Part shown: in pieces, positions 19,762 through 27,953 of the stretch
How positions within the stretch are numbered: the stretch's first letter is position 1
How the letters are laid out: each line of letters opens with the position of its first letter
NCBI GenBank assembly: GCA_947652375.1
Contig: CANTCS010000003.1
Coordinates: 4,914-68,913 of the forward strand
DNA length: 64,000 bases
Direction: 5' to 3'
From: an uncultured Mollicutes bacterium
Lineage (GTDB): Bacteria; Bacillota_I; Bacilli_A; RF39; UBA660
Notes under the pieces: generated by a model
Database searches by the model: none
The model's input: only the letters and a program-made list of their open reading frames with translations
Told to the model about the DNA's origin: nothing
Program-made: the position numbers and the translations under genes

Positions 19762-19941
19762 ATCAGATAAATACGAACGGGTACTTTTAAAACCGACTAA
19801 ATTAACGATACGGGAGTTTTGATCAACTATTGGTGTTGAATACTTAATTATTATTAAGGATCCTAAAGATAGTGTAAGAACACCCACCTGGACTAAGGAC
19901 AGGTTTTATCGTTTGCCTTTGACGTTTTATCTGATTTTTTT
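19762..19941 (+). ncRNA. ssrS: about 180-nt structured RNA with 6S-RNA-like architecture (candidate ssrS)
   Basis: 5' ATCAGATAAA(T)ACG pairs with 3' CGTTTTATCTGAT, which is followed by a T-run. Internal TAAAACC pairs with GGTTTTA. An apical hairpin forms from TGGTGTT and AACACCCA. The RNA starts 7 nt after a consensus -10. The 72-aa minus-strand ORF called here looks spurious. Confidence 0.5.
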
Positions 19942-19993
19942 GTTGTGTTTTTTTTGTGTGTATGGTAGAATATGCTAATATGAGGTGAGCCTT

Positions 19994-20809
19994 ATGTTAA
20001 TATTACCTATTGTTAATAGAAGAAGAGTTCTTAATACAAAAATTGAACTTAGAAATAAATCAAAAGTTAAATCTAGAGTAAATTATGAAGATACTAGTAA
20101 AAGTGATATTATTGTAAATAGAGAGAAATTTTCAGAGTCTAGTTTTAAAAATTCTAGGGATATTAATGCTCCTATTGATTTTATTAGAAGTAAATCACTG
20201 CTTTATCCAAGAGATTTTTTGGTAACAACTAAAGAAGAAAGAAATACTAAGTTTTATGATGTTTATAGAGTAGCACAGCCTCCTAAAAAGGTTAATTCTA
20301 ATTTAGATAAATTATATAGTAAAGTTATTTTAGATTTACTTAATGAAATTCCTGGTGAAAATCATAGGGGTAGATATATTTCATTTGAAGATTTAGGAAT
20401 TGGAGATAATTTAACGGATGATAAAATCGCTATTTTACAAAGAATCGTTAAAGATGAAAAAGATTTAGCAAAATGGCCGATTTTATTTGAGGAAGCTGGT
20501 ATTGCAGATTTAAAAGATACAATTGATTTTGTAAAGAATTTTGAATGTACTGTTATAACAGATACTACGATACCAGAGGAAAGTTTATATGATACTTTAA
20601 CTGCTCTATCAAATCTTAAAACTAGAGATTATAAAAATTTAAAAAGATATTATGATATAGCAAAATCTAATGCAGAGATTTATACTAAAATTTCTTATAT
20701 TAATAAAATTTTATATGATAAACCTTTGACTTTAATTCAATCTAAATCGCAAAAACAAAAGCAATTAGTTAAAAAGATGGATGAGACGGAGTGTAGTAAG
20801 GTTGCATAA
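19994..20809 (+). CDS. hypothetical protein (about 271 aa)
   Basis: GAGGTGA RBS sits 5 nt before ATG 19994 (track start is GTG 19985). Basic N-terminus. No motifs recognised. Confidence 0.5.
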   Translation: MLILPIVNRRRVLNTKIELRNKSKVKSRVNYEDTSKSDIIVNREKFSESSFKNSRDINAPIDFIRSKSLLYPRDFLVTTKEERNTKFYDVYRVAQPPKKVNSNLDKLYSKVILDLLNEIPGENHRGRYISFEDLGIGDNLTDDKIAILQRIVKDEKDLAKWPILFEEAGIADLKDTIDFVKNFECTVITDTTIPEESLYDTLTALSNLKTRDYKNLKRYYDIAKSNAEIYTKISYINKILYDKPLTLIQSKSQKQKQLVKKMDETECSKVA

Positions 20810-21485
20810 ATTTAATAGATTTGAAAAAATTATAGGCAATGAAAATTTGAAGCTTATAAATAGTAAAAGTGTTTTGATTTTAGGTTGTGGTGGAGTAGGA
20901 GGATATGTAGCGGAAGCATTAGCTAGAAGTAATATTGGGAAACTTATTTTGGTTGATTTTGATATTATTGAAGAGACTAATATTAATAGACAAATAATTG
21001 CTTTAGATTCTACTGTGGGTAAAAAGAAAATAGATGTTTTAGAAGAAAGAATTAAAGATATAAATAAAGAATGTCAGATTATAAAAATTGATACTTTTAT
21101 AGATTCTAAAAATATTGATTTAATTTTTATGGAAGATTTTGATTTTTTAGTAGATGCTTGTGATACTGTCTCTACTAAAAAAGAGATTATAAAAAAATGT
21201 TTGAGAAAAAAGAAAGATTTTATTTCTAGTATGGGAACTGGTAATAAATTAGATCCTACAAAATTAGAAATTATAGATATTAGAAAAACAATTAATGATC
21301 CTTTAGCTAGAATTATTAGAAAATTTATAAAAGATGAGGGAATAAAGGAAAAGATAAATGTTTTAACTAGTAAGGAACTACCTATAAAAACAGGAGAGAG
21401 AATACCTGGGTCTACAGCATTTGTTCCAAGTGTAGGAGGACTTTTAATAGCTAGTTTCATAATTAATAGGTTAATTAAATTTTAG
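20781..21485 (+). CDS. tcdA: ThiF/E1-like tRNA threonylcarbamoyladenosine dehydratase (TcdA/YrvM family)
   Basis: ILGCGGVGGYVAEALARSNIGKLILVDFDIIEETNINRQ. Gene lies in the aspS-downstream neighbourhood, as yrvM does in Bacillus. Confidence 0.75.
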   Translation: MRRSVVRLHKFNRFEKIIGNENLKLINSKSVLILGCGGVGGYVAEALARSNIGKLILVDFDIIEETNINRQIIALDSTVGKKKIDVLEERIKDINKECQIIKIDTFIDSKNIDLIFMEDFDFLVDACDTVSTKKEIIKKCLRKKKDFISSMGTGNKLDPTKLEIIDIRKTINDPLARIIRKFIKDEGIKEKINVLTSKELPIKTGERIPGSTAFVPSVGGLLIASFIINRLIKF

Positions 21486-21493
21486 GGGGAAAT

Positions 21494-22474
21494 ATGAAAG
21501 ATTATTCAAATATTGTTTTATCAATTATTACAAAAAATGGAGAAGAATATAATTTAAAATCGTCTACTCATGATTCTAAACATGTTTTTGCATTTTTACG
21601 TTTAATTGAAGAAATGAAGTGTGATAAATTTAATTTAAAAGAATACATTAAAAATAATAAAATGACTATTACAGGTTTTGAAATATCAAAATATTTATCT
21701 TCTTTAGGAAATGTTGTTTTTGTACATACTGATGTTAATAATAAATTTTTAAATAGAAGAGAAGCATCCATTTTGTTACCAGAAAATATTCGAGAAGTGC
21801 AATGTAAAAAATGTCTGGAAATGTTTAAAAATATAGAAGATTTCAAAAAATATATAGGGATTGTTTATAAAAATAAAATGAAAAAAATGAATTTTAGAAA
21901 AATAAATTTTGATGAATGTGAAAAGCTTTTATCAAAAATAAAAGATTTATCAAAAGAAACATTATTTGATAAAAATTCACTTTATTTAATTTTAGAAAAT
22001 GGGGAAGTTGTAACTTTGCCGAGAAAAATAGAAAAAAATCATAGTTCAGCATTTAGATGATTAGAGAAGATTATTCCAAACTTATTTTTAGATTTTTCAT
22101 TAGAAAATAAAGGTGGTTATGAAATTTCTTGTTATCTTGCAGCGAATGGAAAAGTGGTATTATGGACATCTGATATAAATAATCCTGAAATACAAATAAT
22201 GACAATTCCAAAGTTAATGTCTACAGAACAATGTTTATCATTAAAGAGAGTATTTACATCAATAGATTCTAGTAAGCCTCTTTATGTTTCTTCAGCATGT
22301 TATAAAAATAAAGTTTTTTCAAAAATAAAAGTTGAGACTGTTGCAAATTCTGGTGATTTTTCTAATACAAATGTTAAATTAAGAAAATATATAGAAAATA
22401 ATTTATCGATAAATGAGTTAACACTAGAGGAATTTGATCTAGATTTTGAACATTTAGAATATGTAAAAAAATAA
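21494..22474 (+). pseudogene. two-repeat hypothetical gene interrupted by a single in-frame TGA (22058-22060)
   Basis: Track ORFs 21494-22060 and 22154-22474 are in the same frame, and no other stop occurs in 22061-22153. The internal repeat alignment runs straight across the TGA: AFLRLIEEM versus AFR*LEKII, and TGFEISKYLSSLGNVVFVHTD versus GGYEISCYLAANGKVVLWTSD. Confidence 0.55.
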
Positions 22475-22500
22475 AAATATTGGATTTTCCAATATTTTTT
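22474..22500. terminator. bidirectional terminator between the hypothetical gene and lexA
   Basis: AAAATATTGGA-ttt-TCCAATATTTT, flanked by A and T runs. Confidence 0.7.
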
Positions 22501-23117
22501 TAAAGAGCTCTATATAAACCAATTACTTTTCCTAAAATGGTTACTTCTTTTAGTATTATAGGTTCCATAGTATCGTTTTCGGGTTGAAGTCTAAAATAGC
22601 CATTTTCTTTATAAAAGGTTTTTACTGTTGCTTCTCCCTCTGTATTCATTGCTACTACAGTTTCCCCATTTTTTGCGGTGTTTTTTTTCTCTACAATTAA
22701 AATATCTCCATCATAAATGCCGACATTAATCATTGATTCACCACTAACTTTTAAGGTAAATACTTCGTTTTTTGCTGTGATTAAATTTGCTGGTAAACTA
22801 AAATATTCATCAGGTGTTTCGATAGCTTCTATTGGAGTACCTGCTGTGACTTTACCAAGTAAAGGAACATCAATTATATTTTCATTCTTTTCTAAAAATT
22901 CATTAGGCACAAGTATTTCGATTGTTCTATTTTTATTGTCGTTCTTTTTAATATATCCTTTTTCTTCCAATTTTTTTAAATGAAAATGGATTGTTGCAGG
23001 AGATGATAAATTAGCTTCCTCACCAATTTCTCTAACAGTAGGTGGATAACCGTTTTTTGCAATTAACTTTTTTAAAACTTTAAGAATAAAATTTTGTCTT
23101 CCAGTTAATTTTTCCAT
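22500..23117 (-). CDS. lexA: LexA repressor
   Basis: N-terminal winged HTH (PTVREIGEEANLSSPATIHFHLKKLEEKGYI), Ala-Gly cleavage site (KVTAGTP), S24 peptidase Ser/Lys (SGESM ... VKTF). Confidence 0.9.
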   Translation of the reverse strand: MEKLTGRQNFILKVLKKLIAKNGYPPTVREIGEEANLSSPATIHFHLKKLEEKGYIKKNDNKNRTIEILVPNEFLEKNENIIDVPLLGKVTAGTPIEAIETPDEYFSLPANLITAKNEVFTLKVSGESMINVGIYDGDILIVEKKNTAKNGETVVAMNTEGEATVKTFYKENGYFRLQPENDTMEPIILKEVTILGKVIGLYRAL

Positions 23118-23165
23118 TACATTTCCTCCTTATAATGATAGTTTATCATTTTTTTTGTAAATTGT

Positions 23166-23179
23166 CAAACAAACGTTTA
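23166..23179. promoter_or_regulatory. degenerate Cheo/SOS-box-like site next to a candidate lexA promoter
   Basis: cAAACaaacGTTTa versus CGAAC-N4-GTTCG (3 mismatches). It abuts a minus-strand TTGACA (23163-23168), 17-nt spacer, TAAACT. Confidence 0.25.
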
Positions 23180-23188
23180 ATAAAAGAA

Positions 23189-23217
23189 TTGACACGAACT
23201 AATATTCGATATATAAT
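23189..23217 (+). promoter_or_regulatory. promoter with an embedded LexA (Cheo/SOS) box
   Basis: TTGACA (23189-23194), 17-nt spacer, TATAAT (23212-23217). The spacer holds CGAACTAATATTCG (23195-23208), which matches 9 of 10 palindromic positions of CGAAC-N4-GTTCG. Confidence 0.6.
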
Positions 23218-23246
23218 TAAAATATAATTTTGAAAGGAGAATTTTT

Positions 23247-23384
23247 ATGAAAAAAGTGTTGAAAGAATTTGTAATTATTTTAGGAGTGTATATTATTTTT
23301 ACTTTATATTTATTTGTTGTTAGTGAAAGAATCGAAAGATTAGAGGAAAATAATAATTATAATTCTATAAAAATATCTAAATGA
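23247..23384 (+). CDS. 45-aa single-TM micro-protein divergent from lexA (candidate SOS-induced division inhibitor; positional analogue of YneA/SosA)
   Basis: Hand-translated as MKKVLKEFVIILGVYIIFTLYLFVVSERIERLEENNNYNSIKISK. AAAGGAG RBS lies 8 nt upstream. It sits directly downstream of the SOS-box promoter. Not in the ORF track. Confidence 0.5.
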   Translation: MKKVLKEFVIILGVYIIFTLYLFVVSERIERLEENNNYNSIKISK

Positions 23385-23420
23385 GACATTATTTATGTTA
23401 TAATATATGCAGGTGATTGA

Positions 23421-26030
23421 ATGAAGAAGATAATTTTAGTAGATGGTAATAATCTTTTATTTAGAAGTTATTATGCTACTGCATACCAAGGGGTCATTAT
23501 GAGAAATTCTAAAGGATTTCCAACTAATGCGTTGTACGGATTTGTAAATATGATGAATAAAATTATAAAAGAGGAAGATCCTAATTATATTGTGGTGGCT
23601 TTTGATAAAGGAAAAACTTTTAGACATGATAAATATGATAGTTACAAAGCTGGCCGTTCTGAAATGCCTAATGAATTACGAGAACAATTTCCAAAAGCAA
23701 AAGAAGTACTTAATGCGATGGGAATAAAACATTATGAAATAGATAATTATGAAGCAGATGATATTATTGGAACACTTGCTAAAGTAGTTGATGAGGAAGA
23801 TGAGTTTGTTGCAACAATTATAAGTAGTGATAAAGATTTATTACAATTAATTAGTGATGAAGTAACTGTTAAGTTGTTAAAACAAAGTGGTCATATAATG
23901 ATGGATAAGGAAGAGTTTAGAAATACTTATCAAGTTGATCCTATAAAAATGATTGATTTAAAAGCATTAATGGGGGATGCTAGTGATCATATACCAGGAG
24001 TTAAGGGAATTGGAGAGAAAACAGCTATAAATCTTTTAGCTAAATATAACAGTTTAGATGGTGTTTACGAGAATCTTCAAAATATTCCAGTAAAAACTAA
24101 AGAAAAGCTTGAAAATGATAAAAATAATGCATATATGAGTTATGATTTAGCGACAATTTATAAAGAAGTACCAATAGATTTCTCTTTAGATGATTGTATA
24201 TATAATGGCTTTAAACCAAATGAGTTTAAAAAGATATTAGAAGAATTAGAGTTTTATTCTTTATTAAAAAAAATAGATTTTAATATAAATAATGATACAA
24301 TTGTATCTCAAAAGAAAGATGACAATATCATTATTAAAAATATGAGTGATTTTCAGAATAAAGAATTTTCTTTTTATTTAGAAACTAGAGGATCTATTTA
24401 TAGTAAAGGTGATGTTTTAGGTATCGGTATCTATGATGGAGAAAATGGTTATTTTATATCCAAAGATGAAATAAAAAATTATAGTTTTATATTTCATTCT
24501 AATTTAAAAAAATCTACTTATGATTTGAAAAAAAGTATAGTTGTTTTAAATAAATATGGATTAACTATTAAAAATGTAGACTATGATACTATGATTGCAA
24601 CATATTTATTAGATTATGTAGTTAAAGATGATATAAGTTTTATTGCAAGAAGTTTTGATATTACTTTTAAAACTCATGAAGAATTGTATGGTACTGATAA
24701 AAAACCTAAAGAGATTGAAGAAGAAGAGCTAAAAGAAATATGCTGTAGAAAAGCAAAATTTATTTATGATACAAAAGATGAAATAATAAAAGAATTAGAA
24801 GAAAATGGAGAAATTGATTTATTTAATAAAATTGAAATGCCTTTAGCAAGTGTTTTAGCTGATATGGAAAATACAGGAGTTAAAGTCAATAAAGAATATT
24901 TAGAGCAAGTAGAAAATGATTTAAAAGAACAGATGGATAGATTAGAACAAGAAATTTATCAAGATGCTAATATGGAATTTAATATTATGAGTCCTGCACA
25001 ATTATCAAAAGTATTATTTGAACATTTATTAATAAAATATCCAAAAAGAGTAAAAGATAACAAATTCTCAACTAGTAAAGATATTTTAGATAAAATTGTA
25101 GATGAGCATCCAATAGTAAATAAAATATTAGAATATCGAACTTTATCAAAGTTATATACAAATTATGCTGTAGGTTTAAAATCGGAAATTAGAGAAGATG
25201 GTCGAATTCATACCATATTTACTCAAACATTAACAAGAACAGGTCGACTTTCAAGTATAAGTCCTAATTTACAAAATATTCCTGCTAGAGCAGAATATTC
25301 TCGCTTAATTAGGAAAGCTTTTGTTCCAGATGAAAATTCTGTAATTCTTTCAAGTGATTATTCACAAGTAGAACTTAGGATTTTTGCTCATATGAGTAAT
25401 GCATCGAATTTAATGCAAGCTTTTATAGAAGAAAAAGATATACATACTCAAACAGCTGCAGATATTTATAAAATTCCAATAGAATATGTTACTAAAGATA
25501 TGCGAAGAAATGCCAAAGCAGTTAATTTTGGAATTCTTTATGGAATTAGTAGTTTTGGTTTATCAGAAGATTTAGGAGTTGATATTGTAACGGCTAAAGA
25601 TTTTATTGATAATTATTTAGAAACATATCCAGGGATAAGAGAATATATGGATAATAAAAAAGCTGAGGCTTATAAAAATGGATATGTTGTAACTTTAATG
25701 AATAGAAAAAGAGTTATTGAAGAATTGAAAAATAAAAATTATATGATTAGAAGTAGTGGAGAAAGAATTGCACTAAATACTCCAATTCAGGGAACAGCAG
25801 CTGACATCTTAAAAAAAGCTATGGTTGAAATTTTCGAAGAATTTAAAAAACGTAATTTAAAAAGTAAAATGCTCATACAAGTTCATGATGAGTTAGTTTT
25901 CAATGTTTTAAAAGATGAATTAGATATTGTTAAAAGTATAGTAAAAGAAATAATGGAAAATACATTTAAATTAAATGTTCCATTAAAAGTAGATATAGAA
26001 GTTGGAAGTAATTGGTATGAAGCAAAATAG
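23421..26030 (+). CDS. polA: DNA polymerase I
   Basis: 5'-nuclease domain (LVDGNNLLFRSYYA), 3'-5' exo-like domain, pol motifs DYSQVELRI, RRNAKAVNFGILYG, QVHDELVF. Confidence 0.95.
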   Translation: MKKIILVDGNNLLFRSYYATAYQGVIMRNSKGFPTNALYGFVNMMNKIIKEEDPNYIVVAFDKGKTFRHDKYDSYKAGRSEMPNELREQFPKAKEVLNAMGIKHYEIDNYEADDIIGTLAKVVDEEDEFVATIISSDKDLLQLISDEVTVKLLKQSGHIMMDKEEFRNTYQVDPIKMIDLKALMGDASDHIPGVKGIGEKTAINLLAKYNSLDGVYENLQNIPVKTKEKLENDKNNAYMSYDLATIYKEVPIDFSLDDCIYNGFKPNEFKKILEELEFYSLLKKIDFNINNDTIVSQKKDDNIIIKNMSDFQNKEFSFYLETRGSIYSKGDVLGIGIYDGENGYFISKDEIKNYSFIFHSNLKKSTYDLKKSIVVLNKYGLTIKNVDYDTMIATYLLDYVVKDDISFIARSFDITFKTHEELYGTDKKPKEIEEEELKEICCRKAKFIYDTKDEIIKELEENGEIDLFNKIEMPLASVLADMENTGVKVNKEYLEQVENDLKEQMDRLEQEIYQDANMEFNIMSPAQLSKVLFEHLLIKYPKRVKDNKFSTSKDILDKIVDEHPIVNKILEYRTLSKLYTNYAVGLKSEIREDGRIHTIFTQTLTRTGRLSSISPNLQNIPARAEYSRLIRKAFVPDENSVILSSDYSQVELRIFAHMSNASNLMQAFIEEKDIHTQTAADIYKIPIEYVTKDMRRNAKAVNFGILYGISSFGLSEDLGVDIVTAKDFIDNYLETYPGIREYMDNKKAEAYKNGYVVTLMNRKRVIEELKNKNYMIRSSGERIALNTPIQGTAADILKKAMVEIFEEFKKRNLKSKMLIQVHDELVFNVLKDELDIVKSIVKEIMENTFKLNVPLKVDIEVGSNWYEAK

Positions 26031-26045
26031 AAGAGGTGAGGAAAA

Positions 26046-26867
26046 ATGCCAGAAAAACCAGAAGTTATTACAGTAGTTAAAAATTTAAGAACTATTTTAT
26101 TAGGGAAAAAAATTACAAAATGTAATGTTTATTGGGATAATATTATAGCCAGTCCTACAACTGATGAATTTAAAGAAAAAATTATTACACAAACAATTAA
26201 TGATATTACTACAAGAGGAAAGTTTATTGTGATGTCGTTAGATGATTATTCTTTATTAGTACATTTAAGAATGGAAGGGAAGTTTATGTTTAGAAAAAAA
26301 GGAGAACCTTTGGGTAAACATGAACATGTAGAATTAATTTTAAATGATGATACAAGTTTCCGATTTCATGATACAAGAAAGTTTGGCAAAATGTATTTAA
26401 TAGATAAAGATAAAACATATTCTACAAAACCATTATCAGATTTAGGATTAGAATATGATGATAAAAGTCTTACAAAAGAATATCTTTATGAAAAAATTAA
26501 TAAAAAAAGATTACCAATTAAAACAATTCTGTTGGATCAAAGTATAATTACTGGTATTGGAAATATTTATGATGATGAAATTTTATTTATGAGTGCAATT
26601 AATCCAAATCGAAAAGCTTGTGATGTTTCAATTGAAGAATGCCAAAAAATTATAGATAATTGTCGAATAGTTTTGGCAAAAGCTATTAAATTAGGTGGAA
26701 CAACAATTAAAAGTTTTACTTCAAGTGAAGGAGTCCATGGTCTTTTTCAAAATGAATTGTTAGTTCATGGTAAGGCGGGAGAATTGTGTCCTAAATGTAA
26801 TAATATATTAATAAAGACAAAAATAGGAGGAAGAGGAACTCATTTTTGTGAATTTTGTCAAAAATAA
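26046..26867 (+). CDS. mutM: formamidopyrimidine-DNA glycosylase
   Basis: N-terminal MPEKPEV, H2TH region, C-terminal zinc finger CPKC...CEFC. Confidence 0.9.
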   Translation: MPEKPEVITVVKNLRTILLGKKITKCNVYWDNIIASPTTDEFKEKIITQTINDITTRGKFIVMSLDDYSLLVHLRMEGKFMFRKKGEPLGKHEHVELILNDDTSFRFHDTRKFGKMYLIDKDKTYSTKPLSDLGLEYDDKSLTKEYLYEKINKKRLPIKTILLDQSIITGIGNIYDDEILFMSAINPNRKACDVSIEECQKIIDNCRIVLAKAIKLGGTTIKSFTSSEGVHGLFQNELLVHGKAGELCPKCNNILIKTKIGGRGTHFCEFCQK

Positions 26868-26873
26868 AAAGAT

Positions 26874-26898
26874 TCTAAAATTTATTTTAGATTTTTTT
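26874..26898 (+). terminator. terminator of polA-mutM
   Basis: TCTAAAAT..ATTTTAGA inverted repeat followed by T7. Confidence 0.55.
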
Positions 26899-27105
26899 AT
26901 ATTTATATATTATAGAATAATAAACAGTTATTTCTTTAGAAAAGTAGTATATTTTTACTTAGATAATAATCAAATAATAAAAAATATAAAAATAATATAT
27001 AAAGATTCTTTTGTTTTAATTGACTTTATAAGAATAAAACATTGTAATTTTAATTTAAAAATGTTATAATATGCAATAAATTTTGAATAAAGAGGAGAAA
27101 TTAAT

Positions 27106-27885
27106 ATGCAAAAAGTAGCATTTTTAACCCCAAATAACGAAAGATTTGAAATGAATTATTGGGAAGTAGAAGAATTTTGCCAAAAAACATGTTTAAAAGA
27201 AGAAAATAAAGCATCATTTGAAGAATTTAGTACAAAGTATACTTATTTTACACCATATTTTGATTATGTTATGGAAGTTAAAAAATATATATTTTTTAAT
27301 TGTTTGTTTAATAAAGAGCATTGTTTAATATTTAATGATGACGCTTATTATTTTTCAAGTATTATTGGAAGTACTTATAGTGATACTATTAATAATTTCA
27401 AATTTTTAATAGAGTATTTAGATTATAGTGATTTAACAAAAATATCTGATGAAGAATTAGATATAAAATTACAAAAACCTGAATATACTGATGATTGTGT
27501 AATTGACCCTAACTGTATTGGAATGATGAGCAAATCTTCTGTTGGGAGTGATTATGGATCTCATGTTGTTACAGGTGCAACTGTCCTAAATCACTTATTG
27601 TCAAAATCTCGAATTATAACAGAAGATTATTGGAAATATATTAATCAGTATGAAGAAATTTACTATGAAGATTTTGGAATAGATTATCTTGTTGAAAGAT
27701 TAGGATTTTTAAGAGTTGCATGTAGAGATTGCTATCCTATTATTCTTAATAATGAGAAAGTTTTGAGTTCGGATTGTAAAAAAATTTGTGATGATGCAAA
27801 AAGATTATACAAATATGTTATTAACGATATGGATGGTGAAAATTCAGAAATTTATAAGGAATATCAAAAAACTATTTTGAAATAG
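27106..27885 (+). CDS. hypothetical protein (259 aa, Cys-containing, acidic)
   Basis: GAGGAG RBS and a long ORF. No motifs recognised. Confidence 0.5.
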   Translation: MQKVAFLTPNNERFEMNYWEVEEFCQKTCLKEENKASFEEFSTKYTYFTPYFDYVMEVKKYIFFNCLFNKEHCLIFNDDAYYFSSIIGSTYSDTINNFKFLIEYLDYSDLTKISDEELDIKLQKPEYTDDCVIDPNCIGMMSKSSVGSDYGSHVVTGATVLNHLLSKSRIITEDYWKYINQYEEIYYEDFGIDYLVERLGFLRVACRDCYPIILNNEKVLSSDCKKICDDAKRLYKYVINDMDGENSEIYKEYQKTILK

Positions 27886-27953
27886 TGTATTACTATTGTC
27901 AATTTTATAATTTTATGATAAAATTACTAAAGTGTTTATAGGGAGGTATTTTA

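Noticed and set aside
19669-19887. 72-aa minus-strand ORF in the track
   Set aside because: It has no RBS and lies antisense to a promoter-driven, terminator-ended structured RNA (19762-19941). The reading frame is best explained as a chance open frame across the RNA gene.
20781-20809. 29-nt overlap between the hypothetical ORF and tcdA as a possible frameshift or fusion
   Set aside because: The two reading frames differ, each ORF has its own plausible start, and the TcdA homology begins near its own N-terminus. This is an ordinary overlap.
26848-27069. 73-aa plus-strand ORF after mutM
   Set aside because: It starts inside the mutM 3' end, runs through the mutM terminator hairpin and T-run, and is low-complexity I/F/K/N-rich sequence typical of AT-rich intergenic DNA.
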